A DNA stretch of 64,000 bases from positions 11,206,290-11,270,289 of the forward strand of contig NC_068983.1 in assembly GCF_001194135.2 (NCBI RefSeq). The letters are read 5' to 3'. Positions 51,301 to 63,331 of this stretch are shown in pieces. Position 1 is the stretch's first letter, and every line of letters begins with the position of its first letter. The position numbers were made by a program, and so were the translations under genes. This DNA comes from Octopus bimaculoides (taxonomy: Eukaryota). The notes beneath the pieces were generated by a model. That model searched no databases and was not told where the DNA came from. It saw nothing but the letters and a program-made list of their open reading frames with translations.

Positions 51301-54300
51301 CATGGTTGGTGGAGAGGACTTCATCCTGCAGTGGATGGTGCTGAGGCCTTCATCCTACAGTGGACTGAACATAGACAATCTAATCCAATCCATGTCCTAA
51401 GTAATAACCAGGAAGCAAATTGGAAGAATATGTTCCTTTATCATACTTTCTCATCCCTTACTACTATACTCCATCCAACTGAGGGGGCCTTGTGAGTACT
51501 TAGTGGCCTTACTGGTGGCATGAAAAAAAGCACCCCGTACACTCTAAAGTGGTTGGTATTTGAAAGAGCAAGCTTTAGAAATTATGCCAAAGCAGACATT
51601 GGGCTTGGTACTGTCTTGTGGCCCACCAGTTCCTGTTGAGCCGTCCAACTTATGCCAGCATGGGAAAAGGAACATTAGATGCTGAAGATGGTGATGATGA
51701 CTAATGCATTGGCTGAAATACATTGCAGTATTTATTCCAGAGTCTTCCATTCTGAGTTCAAATCTGACCAAGTTCAGATCTTTCCAGTGTCAGTAAAAAC
51801 ACTCCCAGTCATGAGTAGCAAATTGGTTTGAATCAATTAGTCTGTCAGATGTGATGCCTTGCAAAGTTGATTCCAGCTCTTTGTGTCCTGATGTCCAGTC
51901 TTGCTGTGTCTTATGTGAATAGTAAATTTAAGCTCTCACCCATTTTGACATTACAGTCTGATGCTTGGGTGCTTTTAGTGGAGTCTATTCTATTGTGAGC
52001 ATTCATGCCAGGACTATGGTTTGAGGATACCTTCCTCTTTCCTCCTCCTCTTCTATAGGTCCTGGACGCCTTGTAAAGAATCATGGAAACTATTCTTCCT
52101 CCCAACTCAGCCACCTGCTAGTTGCCCTCCCTGTGTCCAGGTTTCAGCTTGCCAAAACTATCCAGTTCCTTCTGTGTTGTGTTGCATGCATACATTCAGT
52201 CAGCCTTTTGATATCAGTCCATCCTTTGATGTCATCAGTACACAATACAAAAAAAAAGAACCCAACATCAACTGGTTTTACTTACACTACATAAGTCCCT
52301 GATAAAGGCATATGTATCACAACTTCTTTCTCTTTTCCACTCCCTATAAATAAATTTACAAATTTCACTACTAAGAAATCTGTTCCTGTTATGATCTTAA
52401 ACCGTTATCATTTCCACCCTAATAGCTATATTTTAGTGTTCTTATTGTATTGAAGAGTAGAAATAATATTGAATCCATAAATGTAATGAATTTATTGATC
52501 TGTATGAATTCAATACCATATTTTCTGACATGCCTGTTGACATAGTTTATAGCATAGACGTTCAGCCATCGTTACTATCTTTCCAAATCCTGCAGCATTT
52601 CACTTGAAATTTTCTGTCCATCAAAGTCATCTGGGTGTATAAGTTGACCTACTTCTTTTGGCTGTAAATTTTGGTCTGAAAAATTCGACTTGTATGCCAG
52701 AAAATACAGTAATAATATTGAATTTATACATGTAATAATGAATCACTTGATGTTTACTTTTTCAGTTAGTACTGTATTTTTTTTTTTTTTTTTTTTTTTT
52801 GCTAAGGTGCAATATCAACTGGGAGTACATAGAAGAAGCTGAGAGAAAATTAGAATTAAAGATAGACTGTAAGTTAAACTATTTATATAAATATAGTTGT
52901 TTGTTATTTATGGTGAATCATTCCTTTCTATTGTGCAGTGTAGGAACTAAACTCATTGTAAACCCCTCCTGTAATTTTTGTTATGTTTATGATTAGGGTT
53001 CTTATCAACAAAAACTTGCAGACCCTCCTCTCTTAAGTGCCAGCCCATTAGCCATATTATCTACAGTCAATTTAAGTGGATTTGATAGTATTTCTGTATT
53101 ATCAGCTTGCTCTTGTTCTAACAGTGTCAGCTCCTCATTTGATAAACTTGGTCTGTAGGACACTAGCATCTCAGCCACATCGTCCCCTATGATTTATTCA
53201 AACCCTACATCATCTGCAGGTGTCACAAAATCTTTCTGAATTTGATGCGGACTTTCTGCTTGCAGAAAACTTGTGAAGTCCTGGATACAGTTTGACCATA
53301 TATTTTTCAAAGTGTTTTTTAAAGATAAGGCTTTTCACTTCATACTATGACCTATTTGTGTTATCCATAGCATGCATTGTGTTGAAATTCTTTCTGAAGT
53401 CTCTAACATATGTAGCTACAGATATTGCAATCATGCTTATACTTTTACTGTTGTTGCCAACTGACTATTCAAAAGGTGGTGGTGTTGGTTGTATCTGTTT
53501 TGCTGATGGTTATGGTGAGGAGTTTTGTTTGTGGTTGTGTTGGTTATATTGTTGTTGCTATTTAGCATCAAGTCACTTTCCATTTACCTAAGATCAAAGA
53601 TATTTCATTCATCTTTCAAAATACAGTAGGGTACAACATTGTCTCATATGATTGTTTTCTATTTTAGATATAGCTGCTTATCTTATTCATACTTGTTCAG
53701 CCATGATCAGCCTACTTTTTAGTAATATCTAGAACTACATTATCTAATGTGTTTTTCTCTATTTAAGACAGCAGGATGTGATTTGAGCGAGATCTGGTTA
53801 CTATCTTTAGAAGGTCAAGCAGCCATATAAAGTCTTTCTAGTACTTCTTTCATCAATGTTATCTTATACATGCCCTTTCAGATTATCTTAAATTTTCTTT
53901 GCTGCAGCCATGGATTGCCTTAACATTAATTTGACCAGTGCCTTCATTGACCAGTACACTAAGACACGACTCAAGTGGACAGAAGATTATTACAAAAATA
54001 CTGAAGAAAACAGGTATATATTTGTCTTAGTGTCAGTATTGGCACCATCATTATACTTTTCTTGGATATTTTTCTCAGATCTGATGTACCAGATATATAG
54101 TAGATGACTTCTGCATTAAGGGGATATCTTACAATTAATCCAGTGGAACACCACTAAAGAAACACAAAGTTAATGATTTCTTAATATTAATAGTGATAAT
54201 AATAATTAGTATCCAACAATTCCTTTTCGTGTCTGTGCATATAATTTATGATAAATAATAATGATGAAAATTATTTCGATATATGGCACAAGGCTAATAA

Positions 54301-57300
54301 TTTTAAGGGGTGGTGTTAGTCAATTATATTGACCCCAGTAAATGATTGATACTTTATTTTATCAATCTCAAAAGAATGAAAGGTAAGGTTGACTATGGCA
54401 GTATTTGAACTTGGAACATAAACAACTGGAAGAAATGCTACTAAGCACTTTGTCCAGCACATCGATTATTCTGCCTACTTGCTGCCTTCATACACACAAA
54501 TTCGAAGACCCGGCAAGCCAAGTGAGACCATAATCCAAGGCCTCTGCCAGGGGTGTAGCCAGCCCACTTATGCATACCTTTTCTTCATTGGACACTCACT
54601 GTCTGAGCATGACCGTTGCCAGAGCAGCAGCCTGGCTTCCGTGCCAGTGGCATGTAAATAGCACCATTTGAAGTGATCGCTACCAGCGTTGCCTTACTGG
54701 CACTTGTGCCGGTGGCACGTGAAAAAACATTCGAGCGAGGTCGTTGCCAGTGCTGCTGGACTGGCTCCTGTGTAGGTGGCACGTGAAAAGACACCATTTT
54801 GAGCGTGGCAGTTGCCAGTACTGCTTGACTGGCCCTCGTACCGGTGACACATTATGCTATCGGAGTGGTTGGCGTTAGGAAGGGCATCCAGCTGTAGAAA
54901 CTCTGCCAGATCAGATTGGAGCCTGGTGCAGCCATCTGGTTCGCCAGTNNNNNNNNNNTTGGAGCCTGGTGCAGCCATCTGGTTCGCCAGTCCTCAGTTA
55001 AATCGTCCAACCCATGCTAGCATGGAAGGCAGACATTAAACGATGATGATATATATATATATATCAGGCACGTGCTATCAGTAATTACTCAGGCTAGGCA
55101 GTTGGTGACACTTATGTAGTAAAACATACTAAAAATAAGCGAAACACAGCCGCATGACAGAGTTGAAGGTAGATTTACATCTGCCTTTACAGCACATAAA
55201 GAAAACGTTGTTGTAGGAATGTATGCAGCACATGTGCTGCAGCAGTACTATGCTTAGCTTAGATACTGAGATTGAAAGGCTTGGGCGAATTATGCCTACC
55301 TAATCTAGAACAAAAAAAATATTTTGCATTTTATGCATAGTAATCAAAGTAACCTTCAAGATTTTACTGAATTAGGTGCATATTTTACCATAAAAGGAAA
55401 ATGTTGCTATCGATCTATTTTATTCAAGGTAGGTACTGCCTACTTTGCTTAATTAGGCGGCATGTCCCTGATATATATATTGAAAGAGAGAGAGAGAGAG
55501 AATGTGTATGTAGGTGTATGTTAAGGGCACACATTACAGAATTATCACCCACATACATGCTGACTGAATGAGTAAATAGTTTAGGTGATCAAACATCTAG
55601 AATATCCATTGTCAAGACCTATATATATATATTCACACACACACACACACACCTTCTTTCCCAGTGATTGAATTTCAATGGAATGCATTTGGTTGCATTG
55701 CAGAAACACCAGCAAGGATTCATCAACAAAGTTATCTCAAACAGTCGCCAAGAAATTTGGTCTACAAAAACGTATTCCATTTGTGCCTTTTGTCATACGA
55801 AATCACACAGGACTGCCATTCCATTTTTTGACTGTAACCACCACCCCTGCCTGGTAAGTTGACTGTATACCAATACCTATATGTACATAAATGTCTTTCG
55901 CTTGAATTCAAACCTGTTGCAATAGAAAACTTTATTCCACATGCCACATTTGTTCATATAATTGTACTTGATATATATTCGACCATGTTTATTTAGAGCC
56001 GTAAATAAATGTAATTTATGTTTTACAATCAAATTAATCAAACAGTACGTTTGCATTTGTTGAAGGAATGTCTTTATGAATTCTTTTTTGCAAAAAAGGG
56101 TTTAACTGTTTTTGTTCTCATTCACGATAGGATTAAGATCAGATACAGTAAAATCATGCATAAAATGAAATATATTCATTGAAGTTGCTTGTGCATATTA
56201 CAGACAACATAAGGCAGCCATTACCTGGTTGTTCATGTAGAAGAAAAGAGAAAGAAATCAAGCACATAACTGTGTTCTTAGAATGCTACCTGTGTTTAGA
56301 GTTCAATGTTGTATGTGTCCACTTTTTCCCATAAAAAGTTTTGTTGTTACTTTTGAGAACTTCAGCAAAAGTAATGCTATTACCTTTAACATTACCAATA
56401 ATTGTTGCTGAACTTTCCTCAACTCACATTCTGTATTAGCAAGAATAATCTTGTATCATCATTTAACATTCATTTTTCATGCTGGCATAGGCTGGACAGC
56501 TTGATAAGCCAGAGAGCTGCTCCAGGCTCCGATTGTCTGTTTTGAAAAAGGTTTCTACAGCTGGATGCCCTTCCTAATGCCAACTGCATGCTTTTACCAT
56601 GACACCAGCATGAATACTTTTTATGTATGTTTGTAATTAAATATCAGAAAATCACACATTTATGCTAAAAATGCTTTACTGAAGTCAAGGGCAGCACCAA
56701 TTTTCCATTTTTATTTTGTATTTTATGAAGGTAAAAGGCTATTTCCCTGTAGAATTACTGGTTCTACTGTGGATGCAAGCAGGTTATAAATTCAGAATCC
56801 TGAAGCAGAAATTTGGATTGATTAATTCTCAATGGGCTCATAATTTCTGCAACACATTCTACTCGTATTTGTGAGATGATGCTGTGATTGCACAGACAAA
56901 CATCCTCAACCAAATCCAAAAGAACATCATATGAATGATTGACAAAGATTCAGCTGTCAACATGCTTCAACCACTCACTTGTATACATGCTGTTTTTTCT
57001 CATTGTCTCTTCTATTACTGCTACAATGATTTATCCTTTTCTGAAGTACCTAATAATATACCCTCTCCACCAAGGCCTGTCTTTTCTCATCCTGCCACCT
57101 GTTCTTTATCTCTTGTTCTATGGTCCACAGTAAAAACTTTATTTAATTTTCCTTCCGAGAACTACATCTATAATTTCATACCTGCCCATGTTTTTCCATC
57201 TGATAATTATTTGAATAAGAAGGTTTGCAAAAATCAAGGATCTGCCCGTCTTTCCTTGACATTTTATGAAGAAAAAAAAAAAATACAAAATTAAACATTT

Positions 57301-58130
57301 TCTTAAAGCAAAATTTCCTGCTTGCCTCAAGTGGTTATCATTATTTACCATTTGTTTTTCTCTGCTGGTTTGGGTTGGATGGTTTGACTGGATCATAATG
57401 CTCCATGTCAGCTTTGGCATGGTTTCTTCAGCTGGATGCCCTTCCTAATGTTATCTTTTTTTTTTTTAAATGTAATTCTATGTAAAATTAATCATTATTC
57501 ATGCTTTTCATTCAAACTTCTATTTTTCAAGTGTCTCTGGAGTTGACACAAAGCGTGGATTGTTGGAAAATTTCAATGATGCTTATATCAAAGCTACAGA
57601 GTGGAAGCAGGTTGAACCAAATGAAGAAGTCCCATTTTTCTTCCAAAGGAGGGAGAAAATTCGACACAAGGTAGATATTTATTTAAAAAACAAAAATGTA
57701 TTTTGCAAAGCTTATATCTAATTTAAAGGATTGGCAGCTCACATCTTGTTGCTAGTGCTATATTGATGTGTATTGTAACCAAGATATTTGAATGCTCAAC
57801 GGCTAGGTACACCTAGCTCAAAATTTGATGTTATTGTTGTTGATTAGTCTTAGGTTAATTCTGTTTGAGCAAGTTAATGATCAAAAGTGTCCAGGCCATG
57901 ATCAGACTCTTTTTTTTTTTTCATGTAGTATATCTAAGACTACATCATTTAATGTCTCTTCATTTCTAAGACTGTGATTTTTAGTGGGACAGTGTGATTT
58001 TTAGTGCTATGTGGTCTAGTGGTTAGGATTCCTGGCTCTCACCCAGGTGGCTCAGGTTCGTTTCCTAGCCTGGGAACTGGTTAACTTTAATGGCAGTGCA
58101 TCAGCATCTCTGCAGCTCTGAGCTAAAACT

Positions 58131-58167
<37 letters not shown>

Positions 58168-60342
58168 CTAGCAGGTCACACACAACTACTTTGAATGTCT
58201 GGCCAAACAAATATATTTTACTACTGTAAGCATTAGTAGTTTTGCCTTTGATCTGTTCAGGCTCAATAAAATAAAGCACTAGTTAAGTACTAGGGTCAGT
58301 ATAATCAGTAATCTTCAAGCCTAGGCGCAGGAGTGGCTGTGTGGTAAGTAGCTTGCTTACCAACCACATGGTTCTGGGTTCAGGCCCACTGCATGACACC
58401 TTGGGCAAGTGTCTTCTACTATAGCCACGGGCCGACCAAAGCCTTGTGAGTGGATTTGGTAGACGGAAACTGAAAGAAGCCCGTCTTATATATATATGTA
58501 TGCGTGCGTGTGTGTGTGTGTGTGTGTGTTTATCCCCCCAACATCGCTTGACAACCGATGCTGGTGTGTTTACATCCCCGTAACTTAGCAGTTCGGCAAA
58601 AGAGACCGATAGAATAAGTACTAGGCTTCCAAAGAATAAGTCTTAGGGTCGATTTGCTCGACTAAAGGCAGTGCTCCAGCATGGCCGCAGTCAAATGACT
58701 GAAACAAGTAAAAGAGTAAAAGAGACTATGTTACAAACAATTATTATACAAATATAGGCATTACAGTATGTGTTAAAATTCTATGTTCTTGTAACAAAGG
58801 TTTTTCTTTACCTGTTTTCCAGGAAACTCATGAACTTCGTGTCAATCAACTTGTGGTCAAAGCTGATGACTGGCAGAAACTTTCTGCTGTGACCGTAGAT
58901 AAAGTTGGAATCTACTTCCGTGATGCTCAACCCGATGAGAAAGTGATCCGCACGCAGGTATCTTTTGAACCCATTTCCGGCGGCGTGCTGAACTATACTG
59001 CCAGATACCGTTCGGGTGATTGTAATCTTACCAGGGATGGGGATTCTCTTCCACATGAGGTATCTTGGTGTTAGTGCTATGTTCTCATACTAAAGAATGC
59101 CTGGCTTGCATAATACTTCCCCCTATTNNNNNNNNNNNNNNNNNNNNNNNNNNNNNNNNNNNNNNNNNNNNNNNNNNNNNNNNNNNNNNNNNNNNNNNNN
59201 NNNNNNNNNNNNNNNNNNNNNNNNNNNNNNNNNNNNNNNNNNNNNNNNNNNNNNNNNNNNNNNNNNNNNNNNNNNNNNNNNNNNNNNNNNNNNNNNNNNN
59301 NNNNNNNNNNNNNNNNNNNNNNNNNNNNNNNNNNNNNNNNNNNNNNNNNNNNNNNNNNNNNNNNNNNNNNNNNNNNNNNNNNNNNNNNNNNNNNNNNNNN
59401 NNNNNNNNNNNNNNNNNNNNNNNNNNNNNNNNNNNNNNNNNNNNNNNNNNNNNNNNNNNNNNNNNNNNNNNNNNNNNNNNNNNNNNNNNNNNNNNNNNNN
59501 NNNNNNNNNNNNNNNNNNNNNNNNNNNNNNNNNNNNNNNNNNNNNNNNNNNNNNNNNNNNNNNNNNNNNNNNNNNNNNNNNNNNNNNNNNNNNNNNNNNN
59601 NNNNNNNNNNNNNNNNNNNNNNNNNNNNNNNNNNNNNNNNNNNNNNNNNNNNNNNNNNNNNNNNNNNNNNNNNNNNNNNNNNNNNNNNNNNNNNNNNNNN
59701 NNNNNNNNNNNNNNNNNNNNNNNNNNNNNNNNNNNNNNNNNNNNNNNNNNNNNNNNNNNNNNNNNNNNNNNNNNNNNNNNNNNNNNNNNNNNNNNNNNNN
59801 NNNNNNNNNNNNNNNNNNNNNNNNNNNNNNNNNNNNNNNNNNNNNNNNNNNNNNNNNNNNNNNNNNNNNNNNNNNNNNNNNNNNNNNNNNNNNNNNNNNN
59901 NNNNNNNNNNNNNNNNNNTATGTATGTATGTATGTGTATATGTTTGTGTGTCTGTGTTTGTCTCCCCCAACATCGCTTGACAACCAATGCTGGTGTGTTT
60001 ACGTCCCCGTAACTTAGCGGTTCGGCAAAAGAGACCGATAGAATAAGTACTAGGCATCCAAAGAATAAGTCCTGGGGTCGATTTGCTCGACTAAAGGCGG
60101 TGCTCCAGCATGGCTGCAGTCAAATGACTGAAACAAGTATAAGAGTAAAAGAGTAATCCTGGTTAATTTTTCCTTTTCCTTTTTAGTACTTTTTATTTAA
60201 TTATTGTTTATGTTGAATTTGTTTTATTTTTGTTAAATATTTGTTAATAGTGCCTTGTTTTTTTTGTTCTTATCTCAGTCGTATTAGGGAGAGTAATGAT
60301 ATTGTATATCTACCATGGTATACGAAGAACATGTATGCATGG

Positions 60343-60377
<35 letters not shown>

Positions 60378-63284
60378 CATGAATACAGGAGTAATTAGGT
60401 TAGCTCTGAAAATGTTACTGAACCTTACAGAGATGAGAAAGCGTTTGATGGCACTGAAGATATGCTCCACTGTAAACTCACCCAACTCTTATCAGTATTG
60501 AAATCAAAATTTAAGCACTGATTATAACACAAGCAAAATGAGAAAAAATTATGAATGATGTTTGGCAAATATAAGTTTGTAATAAGAAGAGAGTTCTAAC
60601 ATCTAAAGTAGGATCTTTTGTAAGAAAGGAAAATACAAAGAAACTTAAAACAGCTTTCTTACTGTATTTTGTTATATAGCTATTGTAATCCTTTTGTTGA
60701 TAGCCTTGGTGTTTGATATAGTTAGTTTCGCATGTGAGTAATTTTGCTAAAGAGCATATCGTCCCTAATTCTTCATGCTTGGTTACAAGTTAGTCAGTAG
60801 TACATGGATGTTGCATGTATTGTTATTAACATGTTGTTGTTGGTCTATTTTTGATGACTGTGAACTAGTAAGCTACACATCACACTTACCTCTCCTCTAC
60901 TCATCACCTCTATTTTCTTTCCATTGAAATCTTACTCTAAATATTTTGCCCATCCCTTCCTACCTAGAACTGCAAGCCACATTTTACCCCACAGGTATCA
61001 GCCTACAGAAGTTTCTGTCTGAACACCAACTGCATTGACCTCTGGGAAGATTTACAATATCATGGGAAGTTCTCCCTCCACTTCTTAGTTCCAAAACATT
61101 TTTTAAGCTTGTTTCAATCTCTGTGATAGTTTTGCTGAAAATAACTCTGTAATATTTTTCAGTGATTGGGCCATTAATTCTTATTGGTAATTTACCATTT
61201 GAGAAAGTTTAAACTTCCTTTTCTATAAGAGACATTTCTTTTTAAATTGGAATTACAATAATAGTGTTATGTATATTCATGAATTAGTTGCTTTTTACAT
61301 ATAAGTTTACTTGTTTAAAAAAATTCATTGACATAATAGGTGCAGGCAGTTGTGTGGTGAAAAAAATAACCTTCACAACCATGTCATTCTGAGTTCAGTC
61401 TCACTGAACAGCACCTTGGGTAAGCTTTACATTGACTGAAGCCTTGATTGTGAAATTTTACTGGTAGAGCTTGTGCAGAAATTCTTCAGATGAATATTTA
61501 TCATCATCATTGGTCGTGCGGGTGGCATGTAAAAGCACCCACAACACTCTCTGAGTGGTTGGCATTAGGAAGGGCATCCAGCTGTAGAAACTCTGCCAAA
61601 TCATATTGGAGCCTGGTGTAGCCATCCGCTTTCACCAGTCCTCAGTCAAATCGTCTAACCCATGCTAGCATGGAAAGCGGACGTTAAACGATGATGATGA
61701 TGATTGGTTAACATTCAATTTCCATGCTGGCATGGGTTGGACAGTTTGACAGGAGCTGGCCAGCTGGGGAGGCGTCCAGCTAGGGAGCTGTCCAGACTTT
61801 AGTTGTCTGTTGTGACATGGTTTCTTTGGCTGGATGTCCTTCCTAATGCTAACCACTTTCCAGAGTGTACTGAGTGCTTTTTACATGCCACCTATATTGC
61901 TGTGTTTATGCAGCACCAGCACAAGTGCATTTTATGTGCACCAGAACCTGTAAAGGACATACCTGTATGTATGGATGACCATGATTTACTTACCTTGACG
62001 CAGCTTCTAAAGTACAGCAAATCGTCACAACTCTCAGTTTCTTGTCATTTCCTCAGTGAAGCCCAGCATCTGAAGATACGAATGTGTGTGTGTAATACAT
62101 TGTGGTATTTGGTTATGTCCCTGTACATTCAGGCCAATAATGCCATTCTTTTTTTCACAGCTGACAAAATAACTACCAAAAGTTCTGGGGTAGATTTAAT
62201 TAATTGACGTCCACGAATGTGGTGGTCCTTCATGACTACAGCCCAATGACTAAAATTAGGATAAAAGAATAAGAAACGAGAACCTAGACTATTTATGATT
62301 AATTTTATTACTAATTGTATTTTGAGCATGTTAGCAAGGCATAATTATGAAATTATTAATGATTAGTAGTATCCCAAATCAGTCCACTTGAAGATTTGTT
62401 TCTATTAATTATTTGTAATTGATCTTTTGATGTTTTTGTTCTGTACGAGCATTGGCTCTTATTTTCTGCCCAACTCACACTGTCACATTAATGGATTCTT
62501 GGATTGCGGCTGGTTTTTAGATTTTGAATCTATCATTATTTATATTTGTGACAGGATGGGCTAAGATAAGTTGTCTGTAAAGTTTTTATATGAATGGCTG
62601 AAATGTGTTAATAGTAATTTGCATAATGAAAGCAAATATAATTGTTAATTTTGTACAGTTTAATTGAACCAATTTATAATATTAAGACGTAGAAGACAAG
62701 TCTTCCTTACAGCCATAAAAATAAAGATATTTTAAATGTCTTTCATAGTTAACAATGTCTTTTGTAATTAACAATCCTGATTAGGCAATATTTTGTTATC
62801 AACTGGTACAAGTTACTCATTTGCTTCAGTAACTAGACTATGAATTTTCATATCAATTTACATGAGTAATTAATTGATGTGTATTTTAATTAATTGTTCT
62901 TGAGTAGTGTGTGTTATGTTGTTGTTCTGTTTATAAATCTGTGCTCAATCTGCTGTCTTGTAGCAAACAATGCGTCAGCAAGTGGCTCGTTTTGTATTTG
63001 ATGTCACACAAGAAGGAAGTGCACGCAAGATGATCACTGTCAGATCAGCCTTGACAATTGCTAATAAACTGCACATGCCTGTTGAGGTTGTCATGTACCC
63101 TTTTACTGGACTAGGTAAGATATGGATATTTTAATTAACATTTGATTAATTATGACAGGCTTATGTTTTAATTTTTTAAATTTATTTTTCTGTTTCTGAA
63201 AATAGTCTTGTCATCTAAATTGTTAACTAAACCATATTTGAGTGTATTTTTTTTTCCTCCCCCCTGTTTCTGAAAACACAGTTT

Positions 63285-63331
<47 letters not shown>

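Noticed and set aside
54916-54995. Apparent ~33-nt duplication
   Set aside because: Same artefact around the 10-N gap at 54949-54958.
59919-60153. Second family A 3' half as an assembly duplicate of 58323-58724
   Set aside because: It differs at multiple positions and has different flanks, so it is a separate copy.
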